Part shown: one piece after another, positions 1-10,470 of the stretch
Layout: each line of letters starts with the position of its first letter
Position numbering within the stretch: the stretch's first letter is position 1
DNA from: a virus
Taxonomy: Duplodnaviria; Caudoviricetes
DNA length: 64,000 bases
Virus record (IMG/VR): IMGVR_UViG_3300035498_000654
Span: 18,703-82,702 of that record
Reading direction: 5' to 3' (one strand)
The notes under the pieces: generated by a model
What the model was told of the DNA's origin: nothing
The model's input: the letters and a program-made list of their open reading frames with translations, nothing else
Database searches by the model: none
Program-made: the position numbers and the translations under genes

Positions 1-555
1 TCTGATGATTGGGTATATAAGCAATGTATTGTAAAATCATTAATAAAGAGCAAACTTGGTTTATATGATAAAAGAATATATGCAAGAAAATGTATAATTA
101 AAGAAGTATCTACAGAAGAAGCTCGAACATTTATTGATAATAATCACTTACAAGGATATACATCATCAAAGATAAAATTAGGTCTGTATTATAATGAAGA
201 ATTGGTATCTATAATGACATTTGGCAAATCCAGATTTAATAAGGATGAATATGAAATTATAAGATTATGTAGTAAATTAAATTATCAAGTAATAGGTGGT
301 ATTAGTAAAATATTCAAATATTTTCAGAAACATTACTTAGGTAATAATACATGTATATCATATTCATTTAATGACATATCTAATGGTAACATATATAAAC
401 AACTTGGTTTTATTAAAGAGAACGAATCAGAAAGTTGGATGTGGCTATATAATGGTATTCGATATAATAGATTGAATAAAATTAGAAATAACAAGAATCT
501 ATTAAAATGTTATAATTCTGGTGTTGTTAAGTGGTTGTTAAAAAATAAAGAATAA
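1..555 (+). CDS. Hef-like homing endonuclease, C-terminal part (5'-truncated by window edge)
   Basis: Frame 1 is open from base 1 (SDDW..KLGLYDKRIYARKC..FIDNNHLQG..LGLYYNEELVSIMTF..EIIRLCSK..VIGGISK), the same C-terminal module as the next ORF. Confidence 0.6.
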   Translation, partial: SDDWVYKQCIVKSLIKSKLGLYDKRIYARKCIIKEVSTEEARTFIDNNHLQGYTSSKIKLGLYYNEELVSIMTFGKSRFNKDEYEIIRLCSKLNYQVIGGISKIFKYFQKHYLGNNTCISYSFNDISNGNIYKQLGFIKENESESWMWLYNGIRYNRLNKIRNNKNLLKCYNSGVVKWLLKNKE

Positions 556-563
556 TATAATAT

Positions 564-2234
564 ATGGATGATAATAATTTATACAATATAATTTCGGAAT
601 ATTCTAATAAAGGAATAATGGTTAAACTCAGATATGATAATGAGTTAAAAGATTATTTAATAAAAGAAACTTCTTTTTTATATGATGATGCAACATTATC
701 AGAAAGAGTTTATTGCATCAAAAATCATATAACCAAACCTTTATTATGTCCTTATTGTGGTAAGCCAAGAAAGTTTTATCAATTAGATAAAGGTTATCAT
801 GCAACATGTGGTGATAAAGCTTGTAAATCTCAAGGTATAGCCGAAGCGAATAAACGACATGATATATCAAAAGCAATGGCTAAACTTAGAGAAACATATA
901 AGCAAAGAACCGGCTATGAACATAATATGCAAAATCCGGAATTTAAAAAACAATACTTTGATAATATAGAAAAGAAAACTGGTGAACGTTACCATATAGC
1001 ATCTGAGAAATCTAAAATTAATAGAGAAAAATCAATGTTATCTAAGTATGGAACAACAGCAGTTGGTGATTTAATTAAAAATAAAGAAGTGCAAGAATCT
1101 ATTATAGAAAAGTATGGTTCTTTAGATAATTTTTATAAATGTAGAGGATCTATAATAGGCAAATCCAGAAAAGAAAATGATTTAAATCGTCTTATAGAAA
1201 AATTAGATTCATTAGGCTATGAATATATTGATTCTTTTTATAAAGAATTATCAACTGAATATATGCATGTTAAATGTAAAAGATGTGAAAATGTATTTGA
1301 AGTAACCAGAAGAATGGCTAATATCTATTATAATATTGATAATAAAAATTTCTGTCCTTCTTGTGATATAAAAGAAATGCTATATAGATCTAATTTTGAA
1401 AAAGAAATTGTTGATTACATTAAGTCTATATTACCAAATACTTTGGTTTTAACCAATAAGTACATAAACAAATTAGAATGTGATATATCAATACCAGAAT
1501 TAAAAATTGCTATAGAATGTAATGGTTTATACTGGCATAGTGAATTATATAAAGATAAACATTATCATTTAAATAAAAAGAAAGCTATTGAAGAAACTGG
1601 ATATACATTATTGACAATCTGGGAAGACGACTGGAATTTTAAACAAGATATTATAAAGTCCAGATTAAAAGCTAAATTAGGAGTTGTTAATAATAAAATA
1701 TATGCAAGAAAATGTATTATTAAACAAATATCCAATAAAGAATCGTCAGAGTTTTTAAATGAAAATCATCTATATGGTAATATAAATGCGAGTATTAGAT
1801 ATGGCTTATTTTATAATGATGAATTAGTTCAAGTAATAACAATAAGCAAATCAAGGAAAGCTTTATCTAAAAATAATAATGGTTATGAATTATTACGAAT
1901 GGCTACTAAAAAGGATCATATTGTTATTGGTGGTTTTAGTAAACTTATAAAGCAATTTAAACATGATTATAATGATAGTATATTATATAGTTATGTTGAT
2001 TTAAGTTGGAGTAATTTAAATGGCGATGGTTATATAAAAGCTGGTTGGAATTTTATTAAATTATCGGAAAATGAATTTTGGTGGGTTGATGGTTCAGTAA
2101 GAAAACCACATAGAGAGAATAGATTAAAATATCAAAAACATAAAATAAGTGCAGATGATTCAGAAGAAAAAACCATGCATAAAAATAAGTATTACCGGGT
2201 ATTTGGTATAGGCAATTTATTAATGATGATATAA
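564..2234 (+). CDS. Hef-like homing endonuclease (Zn-finger/repeat N-terminus, Vsr/PD-(D/E)xK-like nuclease, Hef C-terminal domain)
   Basis: CPYCG/CKRC/CPSC Zn motifs; ECDISIPELKIAIECNGLYWH..LLTIWEDDW nuclease motif; IYARKC..NHLYG..LLRMATK..VIGGFSKL..SYVDLSW tail. Confidence 0.65.
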   Translation: MDDNNLYNIISEYSNKGIMVKLRYDNELKDYLIKETSFLYDDATLSERVYCIKNHITKPLLCPYCGKPRKFYQLDKGYHATCGDKACKSQGIAEANKRHDISKAMAKLRETYKQRTGYEHNMQNPEFKKQYFDNIEKKTGERYHIASEKSKINREKSMLSKYGTTAVGDLIKNKEVQESIIEKYGSLDNFYKCRGSIIGKSRKENDLNRLIEKLDSLGYEYIDSFYKELSTEYMHVKCKRCENVFEVTRRMANIYYNIDNKNFCPSCDIKEMLYRSNFEKEIVDYIKSILPNTLVLTNKYINKLECDISIPELKIAIECNGLYWHSELYKDKHYHLNKKKAIEETGYTLLTIWEDDWNFKQDIIKSRLKAKLGVVNNKIYARKCIIKQISNKESSEFLNENHLYGNINASIRYGLFYNDELVQVITISKSRKALSKNNNGYELLRMATKKDHIVIGGFSKLIKQFKHDYNDSILYSYVDLSWSNLNGDGYIKAGWNFIKLSENEFWWVDGSVRKPHRENRLKYQKHKISADDSEEKTMHKNKYYRVFGIGNLLMMI

Positions 2235-2237
2235 AAA

Positions 2238-2270
2238 TAAAGGTGTTAGAAATTAATCTAACACCTTTTA
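2238..2270. terminator. Bidirectional intrinsic terminator between convergent genes
   Basis: Stem taaaggtgttaga/tctaacacctttta with A/T tracts on both sides. Confidence 0.7.
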
Positions 2271-2293
2271 TTATATATTATTTGATATTATTA

Positions 2294-4135
2294 TCAAAGA
2301 TTTGCCATATCAACAGCAAAAGTTACATATTGTGTTTCAGGGAAGTAACCTGCATCCACAAGAGCATAACGTGATTTAATTTGCAACTTAGGAGCCATTG
2401 TGTTCTCAGCAATAATTCTTACTGAATCAGCCAAGATATATGGGCAGAAGTGTACACCAGGTTCATCCTTGCCACCTTTACGACCTACACAAACACGGTT
2501 GTCATAACCAGCCATATTAGGATCGCAATATACAGTCATACCAGCAACGGTGCCAACAGGATAAAGCTGACCAGCAGATTGGTTAATAGTATTTTCGATA
2601 GGTGAGAAGCTATAGTGAGCATTTGATTGAAGAGCAGTAGCAACAGTGATGTTAGTTACAACGAATGTACCAGCACCATGACGACCTCTTTGTTGAATCC
2701 AGTTAGAAGCCAAGAGGATGTTGTTATAAATTCTCTTAATCAAAGTATCACGGTTTTCAAATGTTGCATTAGGATTTGAATAGATTGGCTTATAAGGAAG
2801 AGCAATATTAGTATAAGATGTTACTTCATTACCATTGCTATTGTAGTAATTCTGAGGAATTGCAAAAGCAGGAGTCATCTTAGTAGTTGCATCAGGATCG
2901 AAAGTGATGTTCATGTTATTAGCAGGACCTTCAACTTCAACAATCTTAATATGGTTTTTCCAACCGAGACCGAAGATACGAGATGTGATATGACGGTTGA
3001 TAACCTGAGTCAATTCGTTGATAGCCGCGTTTTCAAGCATCTTAACAACATCGATACCCCATTGTTTCTGGAGGTCTTGAACTTGTTCCTGAGTAACAGC
3101 AACAGAAGCAGCGATAGTACCAACAGTTACGTTACGTGTGAAGAACTGGAGTGAAAGCTGGCGAGCAGGAGTCATTTCACCAGTACCACGAGACATAGGA
3201 TCGTAAAGAACTGTACCATCTTGATATGTACCAGTCCAAGGATCTTTATCACGAGCACCTGCACCAGCAAAGCCCATAACTTGATCTTCAAGCATTGAAA
3301 TCAAACGAGGACCAACAACTGTAAGGGTAACACCTTCACCAGTAAGAACAACATCGTCTTTAGCGAAATAATCACCAAGAGATTTAGAACCACTGATTAC
3401 TTTGAACATAGGATCGCCATCGATACGTGACCAACCAATGAATTCTACCTTAAGATCATCAGCAGCAAGAGCGAGACCAGCGGTAAGAACTTTATTCTCC
3501 TTAAGAGCGAGTTTTTCAGCGCCAGCTACGATTTCAACATCAGTAGCAGTTGCAGACTTAACAGCAACCTTGAAAGCTGAAGGAAGACCGTTTGTTGAGA
3601 AAGCAGAACCAGATACATGGCCATTAACCATAGGATTAGCAGATTCAGCATCATAAGCAGGAGTTGCACCGAAAGGTTGTTTTGAACCAGCATATACATA
3701 ATCCATGTAAGGAAGTACACCAGTAGGACCTGCCATAGGAGTTGTATTTACAAGTTCGAAGCCCATTGCCTTAGCACCAACTTTGAGTGCAAGAGGAAGA
3801 AGAGCAGCAAATTTATCACCTGAACCGAGGTTAGTGTGATCTGCATAATCAGCACCAGTTAAAGCGGGACGACCAGCAGGAACAGCGTCACCAACACCTA
3901 CAGTATTGTAAAGAGTTGAATAAGGTGAATATGCACCACCAAGAGCAGAAGAAGCATTAGAACTAAACTGGAATGCATCCTCGTTAAGGTTTTTAGCTGT
4001 GTTATGTGCAACTTGAGACAACCAGCTAAGACGTTCAGGATCCTTAATACCAGTTGTTTTCTCAATCATAGGTGCCCAAGATTCAGTGATTGACTTGGCA
4101 ACACCACGAGTTGTATTTTTTTGATTAAGTTTCAT
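2294..4135 (-). CDS. gp23: Major capsid protein, T4 gp23-like
   Basis: ITESWAP N-terminal leader, PMAGPTGVLPYMDYVY, AINELTQVINR, VHFCPYI, PKLQIKSRYAL motifs match the gp23 family; biased codon use suggests high expression; TATAAATA upstream. Confidence 0.9.
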   Translation of the reverse strand: MKLNQKNTTRGVAKSITESWAPMIEKTTGIKDPERLSWLSQVAHNTAKNLNEDAFQFSSNASSALGGAYSPYSTLYNTVGVGDAVPAGRPALTGADYADHTNLGSGDKFAALLPLALKVGAKAMGFELVNTTPMAGPTGVLPYMDYVYAGSKQPFGATPAYDAESANPMVNGHVSGSAFSTNGLPSAFKVAVKSATATDVEIVAGAEKLALKENKVLTAGLALAADDLKVEFIGWSRIDGDPMFKVISGSKSLGDYFAKDDVVLTGEGVTLTVVGPRLISMLEDQVMGFAGAGARDKDPWTGTYQDGTVLYDPMSRGTGEMTPARQLSLQFFTRNVTVGTIAASVAVTQEQVQDLQKQWGIDVVKMLENAAINELTQVINRHITSRIFGLGWKNHIKIVEVEGPANNMNITFDPDATTKMTPAFAIPQNYYNSNGNEVTSYTNIALPYKPIYSNPNATFENRDTLIKRIYNNILLASNWIQQRGRHGAGTFVVTNITVATALQSNAHYSFSPIENTINQSAGQLYPVGTVAGMTVYCDPNMAGYDNRVCVGRKGGKDEPGVHFCPYILADSVRIIAENTMAPKLQIKSRYALVDAGYFPETQYVTFAVDMANL

Positions 4136-4173
4136 AAATTTAAAAATATTTTTTAGGGTTTAAAACTTCTAAA

Positions 4174-4181
4174 TATTTATA
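4174..4181 (-). promoter_or_regulatory. T4-type late promoter TATAAATA upstream of the capsid gene
   Basis: Exact TATAAATA 38 nt upstream of the ATG. The same motif occurs at 4867-4874(-), 15204-15211(+), 19973-19980(-), 19994-20001(+), 25547-25554(+), 47045-47052(+) and 57118-57125(+). Confidence 0.7.
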
Positions 4182-4508
4182 GAAGATTGTGTAACCAAAT
4201 ATTCAAAAATATTAGTATTTAAAGGTATTTGTATAATATATTTAAAGTGATAATATAATTATTTTTATAATCTCTAAGTATAATTTTAAATTATTCGAAC
4301 CGCAAACTCCATATTTTTTCTCAGAGAAAACCCATCGTGAAATTTTAAAATTATAAAAATTTTAAAGAAAATATTTTAATATTAATCATCTATTAATTAT
4401 CCAATATATGTTTTCTGAAAGGATAACAATATAAGACAAAAATTTAAATACAATTAAATTAATGTTTAATTGGTTGATATATTTATTGTAGTATAAAATT
4501 ACTAATTA

Positions 4509-4796
4509 TTATTTTTCTTTTTTATATTCAATAGAATCTTGTTCAACTTCACTACGAAGTTTCCTTAAATCATTAATATCATTAACGATTTGATAATGAT
4601 CATCTATCTTCTTATTAATAACTTGAACTTCAGTTTTAATTTCTTCAATAGAGTCATATATCACAGGTTTTGAAACACAAAGATCCCAAAGAACAGCACC
4701 TACCATAAAGACGATAATTAATACAGAAGCTATACAACTCCATGTATTATAGCATTTTTTAGGAGATTTTTTAGAGGTTTTATTAGCCATTGTCAT
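4509..4796 (-). CDS. Small single-TM membrane protein (possible lysis accessory)
   Basis: Basic N-terminus, hydrophobic helix, coiled-coil tail; TATAAATA upstream. Confidence 0.6.
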   Translation of the reverse strand: MTMANKTSKKSPKKCYNTWSCIASVLIIVFMVGAVLWDLCVSKPVIYDSIEEIKTEVQVINKKIDDHYQIVNDINDLRKLRSEVEQDSIEYKKEK

Positions 4797-4941
4797 AATA
4801 GTTCGTTTATTGATTTTTAAAAATTTGGTAATTTTGTTGCTTTCTAAATTTTTAATTTTTATAGTATATTTATAACGTTTATAAAATTTTATAAATTTGA
4901 AAATCGAAGACTTATTAAGACTTTTTTAGATTTTATTCATT

Positions 4942-5433
4942 TTATTGAATGATTGTAGAATCTGGTTGAAACTTATTAATCATTTGTCTTAATTGTGCTT
5001 TTAATGCAATATGCTATTGATTTATTCTATCTTCAGTCATTTGCATTTCTTTTATTTTAATATCATTTTCAGTAACATGATATTTCATAGTAGATTCTAT
5101 ATAATCTCTATTAGATAATGCAAGATTATACACCTATTCATTAAGTTCTTCTAAAACATATAATGCAGTTATCATATATTCCAGATCAACAGAATAATCA
5201 TTAACAGAAATAACATCGGACACTTTCTTATTAAGGGAAACAACTTCTGATTGCATTTTATTAACATCTGCTGTAATCTACGGTTTAGTGTACATAAAAT
5301 AAAAAGCGGCTAAACAAAAGCTAAGTCCCATAAAGTTTCGGAGCCATTTAGGTATTTTAGTTATTTCATCCCAAATTGATTTCCATTGTATTGATTTAAT
5401 AAATTCAAGTAAATGATCAAAAAATGTCCACAT
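4942..5433 (-). CDS. 163-aa membrane-anchored coiled-coil protein (code 15, 3 in-frame TAG; absent from ORF track)
   Basis: Manual translation MWTFFDHLLEF..FMGLSFCLAAFYFMYTKP*ITAD.. is open to TAA at 4942 when TAG=Gln and fills the intergenic gap. Confidence 0.7.
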
Positions 5434-5533
5434 GTTAAAAAGTATTATTTAAATTATTTATAAAAATAAGGTGTAACCATTAATTAGATTACACCTTATT
5501 ACCAGGGGGTTTGAATAATGTTAATTATAATAT

Positions 5534-8500
5534 TTAACTTAGAATGTTAATAGCTTTTTTGGGATATTCAACTTCCTTATCAGCTGCATAACATTTTACC
5601 ATATCATTATCTTCTGCATTTATATAACTGGTAGGATCTATACGAATTTTTCTAATAGGCTCACCTTCTGCATTTACAACAACGGCATAAGGTAATTCTT
5701 TAAATTCGATATTATCCACATTATATTCAGCAGATACACCATCTTCATTAATAACTGTTAATACAGATTTAGATTCTTTAATCTCTTCAACAGGAACTAA
5801 ACATGGTGTCATATTAACTTTTTGTTTATCCATAATGATATTGCATTCTACATTCTTCTTATTAAGGTCCTTCATTTGTTGAGGTTCCTCATTTTTCAAC
5901 GGTTTATCAATATTATCAGGTTGTTCATCTGGTAAAACTTCTAAATCATTTAGGTATTCAGGATCTGGCTCAAGGTCTTTAACGTTAACTGTCATTTGTT
6001 TTCCTTCTTTACCTATAATGTTTGCAGTACCATCTTTTTCATCTATACTGATAATACTTGCTTTTTCCTTTTTGTAGATTACTTTATCATTAGGTTCATA
6101 TGTAATATCATATTTGGCTTTCATTTCACTGATAGTCATCTTACGATGAGCATTTGGTAATACTGGTACAAAAGCTTCCTCTTGAGCTTGCATTGGTGCT
6201 AATGGATTATCAACACCTGCTTCTTGAGTATCTTTTTCAACTTTATCTTCAAAGTCTCTTTGTACTTTATCACCATGTAAAATATCATCAGCCATCTTTG
6301 TATTCTCAAAATTATGACCGGCAGATAAACCAAAACGTCTAATTCTTGCATGTTCCAAAAGTTCATCAGGCATTGGTGCTATCATAGTTTTCAATACAGT
6401 ATCAATACCAAATTTCCAATCACTTGGTGTAGAACCATCACCTAAGAAAATAGGTTCATCAGATTCATCTGTATATGCAACAGCTAATGCATCAATTATT
6501 TGTTCTGGAACTTCATCTTCTAAGTCTTTGAGAATACCAAGGAATTCCTCAATAGGTCTTACATAGAAGCCTTCTGGCAATCCATATACAGCATATTCAA
6601 TTCTTGCAGTTTCATTTTTTATGGTAAAGAAATATGTATTTGATAATTCTGTTTTATCCAGACTACCATACAAATATCCTCCAAAGAAATCAGACTTTAA
6701 ATCATCTCCATATTGTTTATGGAGTGATTTACATTGTTTAGTACAATATTCATATATTGAATATATTGGATTGTTATTCACGCTTTCATTGATAAAGCCT
6801 TTGCTATTGGTAGCTCCACCAATTTTCTCACGGATGAGTTTGCTACCATAGCGGGCTAATTTAGAGGACTTGGTGGTATCCTCATTTACGAAAAAACGTG
6901 ACTTGCCAGATGCAGTTTTATGTACGGCACCAATTCCCAGAATAGACTTACGACTTTCTGTTACCGGACGTTTAGGAGGTTTCGCTTCATATTTTTCTGG
7001 AATATCTGTATCATCTACTGTAGGCGCAGGTAATTCAATTTCTGTATCACCAACTTTATATGTAGGAATTACAGGCTCTTCATCAGGATGAACATCATCA
7101 AAAGAATCAAAATCTGTATCATCTGTGGGAACATCAGCAGTTGTCAAATCTGTGTCAATTACATCTTCTTGAGGAAGTTCATCATCTGTAGGAATATCTT
7201 CAAAATCATCTTTAGGTGTAATTGTAAATTCATCATCTGTATCAATTACATTAAAGAAATCATTTACACCAGAAGGATCTTCATTTTCGTCTGAATAATC
7301 ATCTTCAGGTTCTGTATCATCTGTTAAATCAACTAATGATGAAGGTCTTACTTTAGGTTCATTTACTTTAGAATCTGATTTTTGATATTCATTTTCACCA
7401 GAATAATCAGCTTCTGTACCATTGTTTACTGCATCTTTATATTGAGTGCTTGCTTTAATGTTATCAACTATTGTTGTATACAAGTTATATTGCATTTCAT
7501 CATTGTCAATAATAGGTTCACCATCATCACCAAGATAGAAATCAAATTTTTGTGTATCATTGTATACTTTACCATCTTTATCAACCATAGGAATGATTAC
7601 AGATACTGTACCTGATTTATAAAGGGTATGTGTTTTAATATTCTCATCAAAACGTACACTTGCTACTTTAGCAACCATTTCATTTTCTGGAATATATTCA
7701 GGTTCTTCTGGAACAGGATTTTCAGTATCACCGCCAAACATGTCAGTTGCCATATCAGCATAATCTTCAGTATCTTCTACATCATCTGTGATTATATCTT
7801 CATCTGAAGGAACATCTTCTGCTTTAGGTTCAACATTAATGTCATCATCTTCTACATCATCTGATTCACCTTCAACTTCATCATCGCCAAATGCATCATC
7901 AAATTCTGTGAAACCATTATCACCGCCTTCGAAACCATAATCTGCAATAGCATCATCTACACTATCAGAATCCTCATCAGTATTATCAACAGGTTCTGTT
8001 TCTGTTGTAATATTAAGTATAGGTGATTCATTATTATCTGAATCTGCAGTATCTGTATCATCAGTATCTTCACCATTTAGGTAACTGTCAAATTCATCAT
8101 CTGATACACCCATTGGATTTTCATCGTCTTCAGAATCTTCAACTTCATTATAATCTGTAACAACTTCCATATCATCAGAAGTATCATCAATATTGCCATC
8201 AATAGGTGTAGTTAAATCATCCATTGCATTATCAATGTCTTTGTCATCCAATGGTTCATTAGTTGTTTCTTTCTTAACATCACCATCACCATTAACTTCA
8301 TCTTCACCAGAATCTTCTGAATCATCTTTAGAACCTGTTTCATCAGCAACTTTCTTTTGCCATTCCTTATATTCTGATTTAAGGTCTTTCAACTTATCTT
8401 CAGCAGTTTTAATACCATCTTCAAGTTTCTTAATAGAATCATCTGATGTTGCAGCTTCTTTTGCTTTTTTAAGTTTATCCAAAGTTTCCTCATAACGTTC

Positions 8501-10387
8501 AATAGCATCTTGATATTCGTTTTGAGTTTCATTTAACTTCATAATAATCTTATTTTGAGCAGGCAATAAATTCTCAAACAAGTTAGCAACATTAAGACCC
8601 ATGTGGTCATTAATAATATTCTTACATTGTAAAGGATTTACATTATGATAGAATGTTGATCTGCAAGTATCTTCATTAACAGTATTAATAAAGATATTAT
8701 CACCAATACGGAATAAATCAGCATTAACACCAGGATTATTATTTAAAGCAATACGACGACCAAAATCAATCTTAGCAATCTTATTAAAGTTCTCAAGTAA
8801 GCATGAACACATGATGAAGAAATTAGTATCATAATCATATTTCATACCCATTTCTTGAAGATTTCTAAGGGTTGATGTTGATTCTTTATTTCCATTTACT
8901 TCTGCATAACCTTCATAAATCTTAGCAGTCTTATCATTACCACGAAGAACGATATGGTCTTCATTAATAGAAACATTAGGATCGTTAACAAGTTTGCAAA
9001 GAGTAGTAAATTTCTCTGAAAGTTGTTTAATCAATTCAGGACCAATCTTAGCGATGTTTTGACCTTTGCGAACAAAGTATTGACCATTTGTATAGAATAC
9101 AGATTCGCCTTCTTTAATATATTGTACAGGTGAATAAATGTTCTCTGTATGTGCATGTTGTTTAACCAACTTAATTTCATCTGCAATAGAAAGAGCTTTT
9201 TCTGATAATGTATTAGCTTCTTTAGAATTATCATTATTAATAACTTCAAGAATCTTGCTTACATAAGGATCATTAGCAAATGAAACAAGACAGTTTCTAA
9301 GTTGGACTCTATTAGTAGGATTAGGTGTATTAACATAACGAGCACAATCTTCTTCAATTAAAGGGAGAATATTATAAGATTGTGATTCTGCCATTTCTTC
9401 AAGAATCTTTGTGATTTCAATACCAGTAGGATTCTTTTTAACAGCTTCATTAATAGAATTAATTGCTTTTTCAACAGGAAGCAAATAATTAAATGGTGTT
9501 ACATTATGGATGAATGTTTCATAAAGACGTTCTTCATATAAACCATCATTAAGTGCACCTGCATATTGTTCAACAATAGCCATCAAACGTTTATTCTTTT
9601 TAGCATCAGAATTAACAATTGATTTAACTGCTTCTGTTAGATTAATACCAGTGTTATTAACAATGTGATTGAATGAATTAATTTCTTTTTCTTTTGCAGC
9701 TTGTACTTTTGCATCTTCAAATACTTTATTAGCATAAGCTTCAAGTTTTTCTTGTGTTCTTTTAACTTTCTTTTCTTCACGTATCTTATTAATACGTTCA
9801 TTTATAGAATCATATTGAGCAGCTGGTGATTGTGCATCGTCATCTGAATAATCATCAACATATTCATAATTATTTTCATCTGAAATAATGCTAATGATAC
9901 GATTTGCATTAGGATCACCTTGTTCAACTAATGTCCAGCAAGCTTCAACAACTTCACGACGAAGTTCAGATGTTGGTTCATTCAAATATTCATTATATGC
10001 ATCCTTAATAGTTGCTTGTGCAACAGGATCTGAAATATTTTGAATGCAACATAAAACTTCAAGTATATCACCAAATTGAGACAAAATTTCTTTCATTTCA
10101 CCAAGAACATATTTAACTTCTGGTGTACCTTTTGAATATGCTTTTAATTGATTATAAAAAGCCTCAAATGATAAAAACTCAGGTTCATTGGTTTCTCTTA
10201 AATGATTATCCCAGGTAATAAGAAAATCCATCAATTTTGGATTATCATGTGCAGCACTTAATAGTGAAGCAATATACTTAGAATAATGAAAACGATCAGA
10301 TGCATCTTCAATAGGATTATCTGACATTCCTTCATTAATTATATTACGAATATTATTAAGATATTCTTCTTGTGTAAGTTTCGCCAT
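5534..10387 (-). CDS. 1617-aa acidic hypothetical protein, probable prohead/internal virion protein
   Basis: Long clean ORF in the capsid-gene strand cluster; coiled-coil then a D/E-rich disordered middle; many INE/LTE/VNE motifs. Confidence 0.7.
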   Translation of the reverse strand: MAKLTQEEYLNNIRNIINEGMSDNPIEDASDRFHYSKYIASLLSAAHDNPKLMDFLITWDNHLRETNEPEFLSFEAFYNQLKAYSKGTPEVKYVLGEMKEILSQFGDILEVLCCIQNISDPVAQATIKDAYNEYLNEPTSELRREVVEACWTLVEQGDPNANRIISIISDENNYEYVDDYSDDDAQSPAAQYDSINERINKIREEKKVKRTQEKLEAYANKVFEDAKVQAAKEKEINSFNHIVNNTGINLTEAVKSIVNSDAKKNKRLMAIVEQYAGALNDGLYEERLYETFIHNVTPFNYLLPVEKAINSINEAVKKNPTGIEITKILEEMAESQSYNILPLIEEDCARYVNTPNPTNRVQLRNCLVSFANDPYVSKILEVINNDNSKEANTLSEKALSIADEIKLVKQHAHTENIYSPVQYIKEGESVFYTNGQYFVRKGQNIAKIGPELIKQLSEKFTTLCKLVNDPNVSINEDHIVLRGNDKTAKIYEGYAEVNGNKESTSTLRNLQEMGMKYDYDTNFFIMCSCLLENFNKIAKIDFGRRIALNNNPGVNADLFRIGDNIFINTVNEDTCRSTFYHNVNPLQCKNIINDHMGLNVANLFENLLPAQNKIIMKLNETQNEYQDAIERYEETLDKLKKAKEAATSDDSIKKLEDGIKTAEDKLKDLKSEYKEWQKKVADETGSKDDSEDSGEDEVNGDGDVKKETTNEPLDDKDIDNAMDDLTTPIDGNIDDTSDDMEVVTDYNEVEDSEDDENPMGVSDDEFDSYLNGEDTDDTDTADSDNNESPILNITTETEPVDNTDEDSDSVDDAIADYGFEGGDNGFTEFDDAFGDDEVEGESDDVEDDDINVEPKAEDVPSDEDIITDDVEDTEDYADMATDMFGGDTENPVPEEPEYIPENEMVAKVASVRFDENIKTHTLYKSGTVSVIIPMVDKDGKVYNDTQKFDFYLGDDGEPIIDNDEMQYNLYTTIVDNIKASTQYKDAVNNGTEADYSGENEYQKSDSKVNEPKVRPSSLVDLTDDTEPEDDYSDENEDPSGVNDFFNVIDTDDEFTITPKDDFEDIPTDDELPQEDVIDTDLTTADVPTDDTDFDSFDDVHPDEEPVIPTYKVGDTEIELPAPTVDDTDIPEKYEAKPPKRPVTESRKSILGIGAVHKTASGKSRFFVNEDTTKSSKLARYGSKLIREKIGGATNSKGFINESVNNNPIYSIYEYCTKQCKSLHKQYGDDLKSDFFGGYLYGSLDKTELSNTYFFTIKNETARIEYAVYGLPEGFYVRPIEEFLGILKDLEDEVPEQIIDALAVAYTDESDEPIFLGDGSTPSDWKFGIDTVLKTMIAPMPDELLEHARIRRFGLSAGHNFENTKMADDILHGDKVQRDFEDKVEKDTQEAGVDNPLAPMQAQEEAFVPVLPNAHRKMTISEMKAKYDITYEPNDKVIYKKEKASIISIDEKDGTANIIGKEGKQMTVNVKDLEPDPEYLNDLEVLPDEQPDNIDKPLKNEEPQQMKDLNKKNVECNIIMDKQKVNMTPCLVPVEEIKESKSVLTVINEDGVSAEYNVDNIEFKELPYAVVVNAEGEPIRKIRIDPTSYINAEDNDMVKCYAADKEVEYPKKAINILS

Positions 10388-10470
10388 ATAAAATATGTAA
10401 AGTTTAAAAATAAATTCAAAATTTAATTTATTTATGTTTATAAAAATTAGTTATAATTTATTAAATGTCT

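Noticed and set aside
4190-4500. AT-rich gap upstream of the capsid gene as a hidden code-15 gene
   Set aside because: The minus-strand frames examined close quickly at TAA/TGA; treated as a regulatory region.
2951-9249. Numerous short antisense or off-frame ORFs inside gp23, the 1617-aa gene and other long genes (also within 47089-49263 and the portal)
   Set aside because: Low-complexity Ser/Leu-rich mirror translations of acidic or biased coding strands, lacking promoters or motifs.
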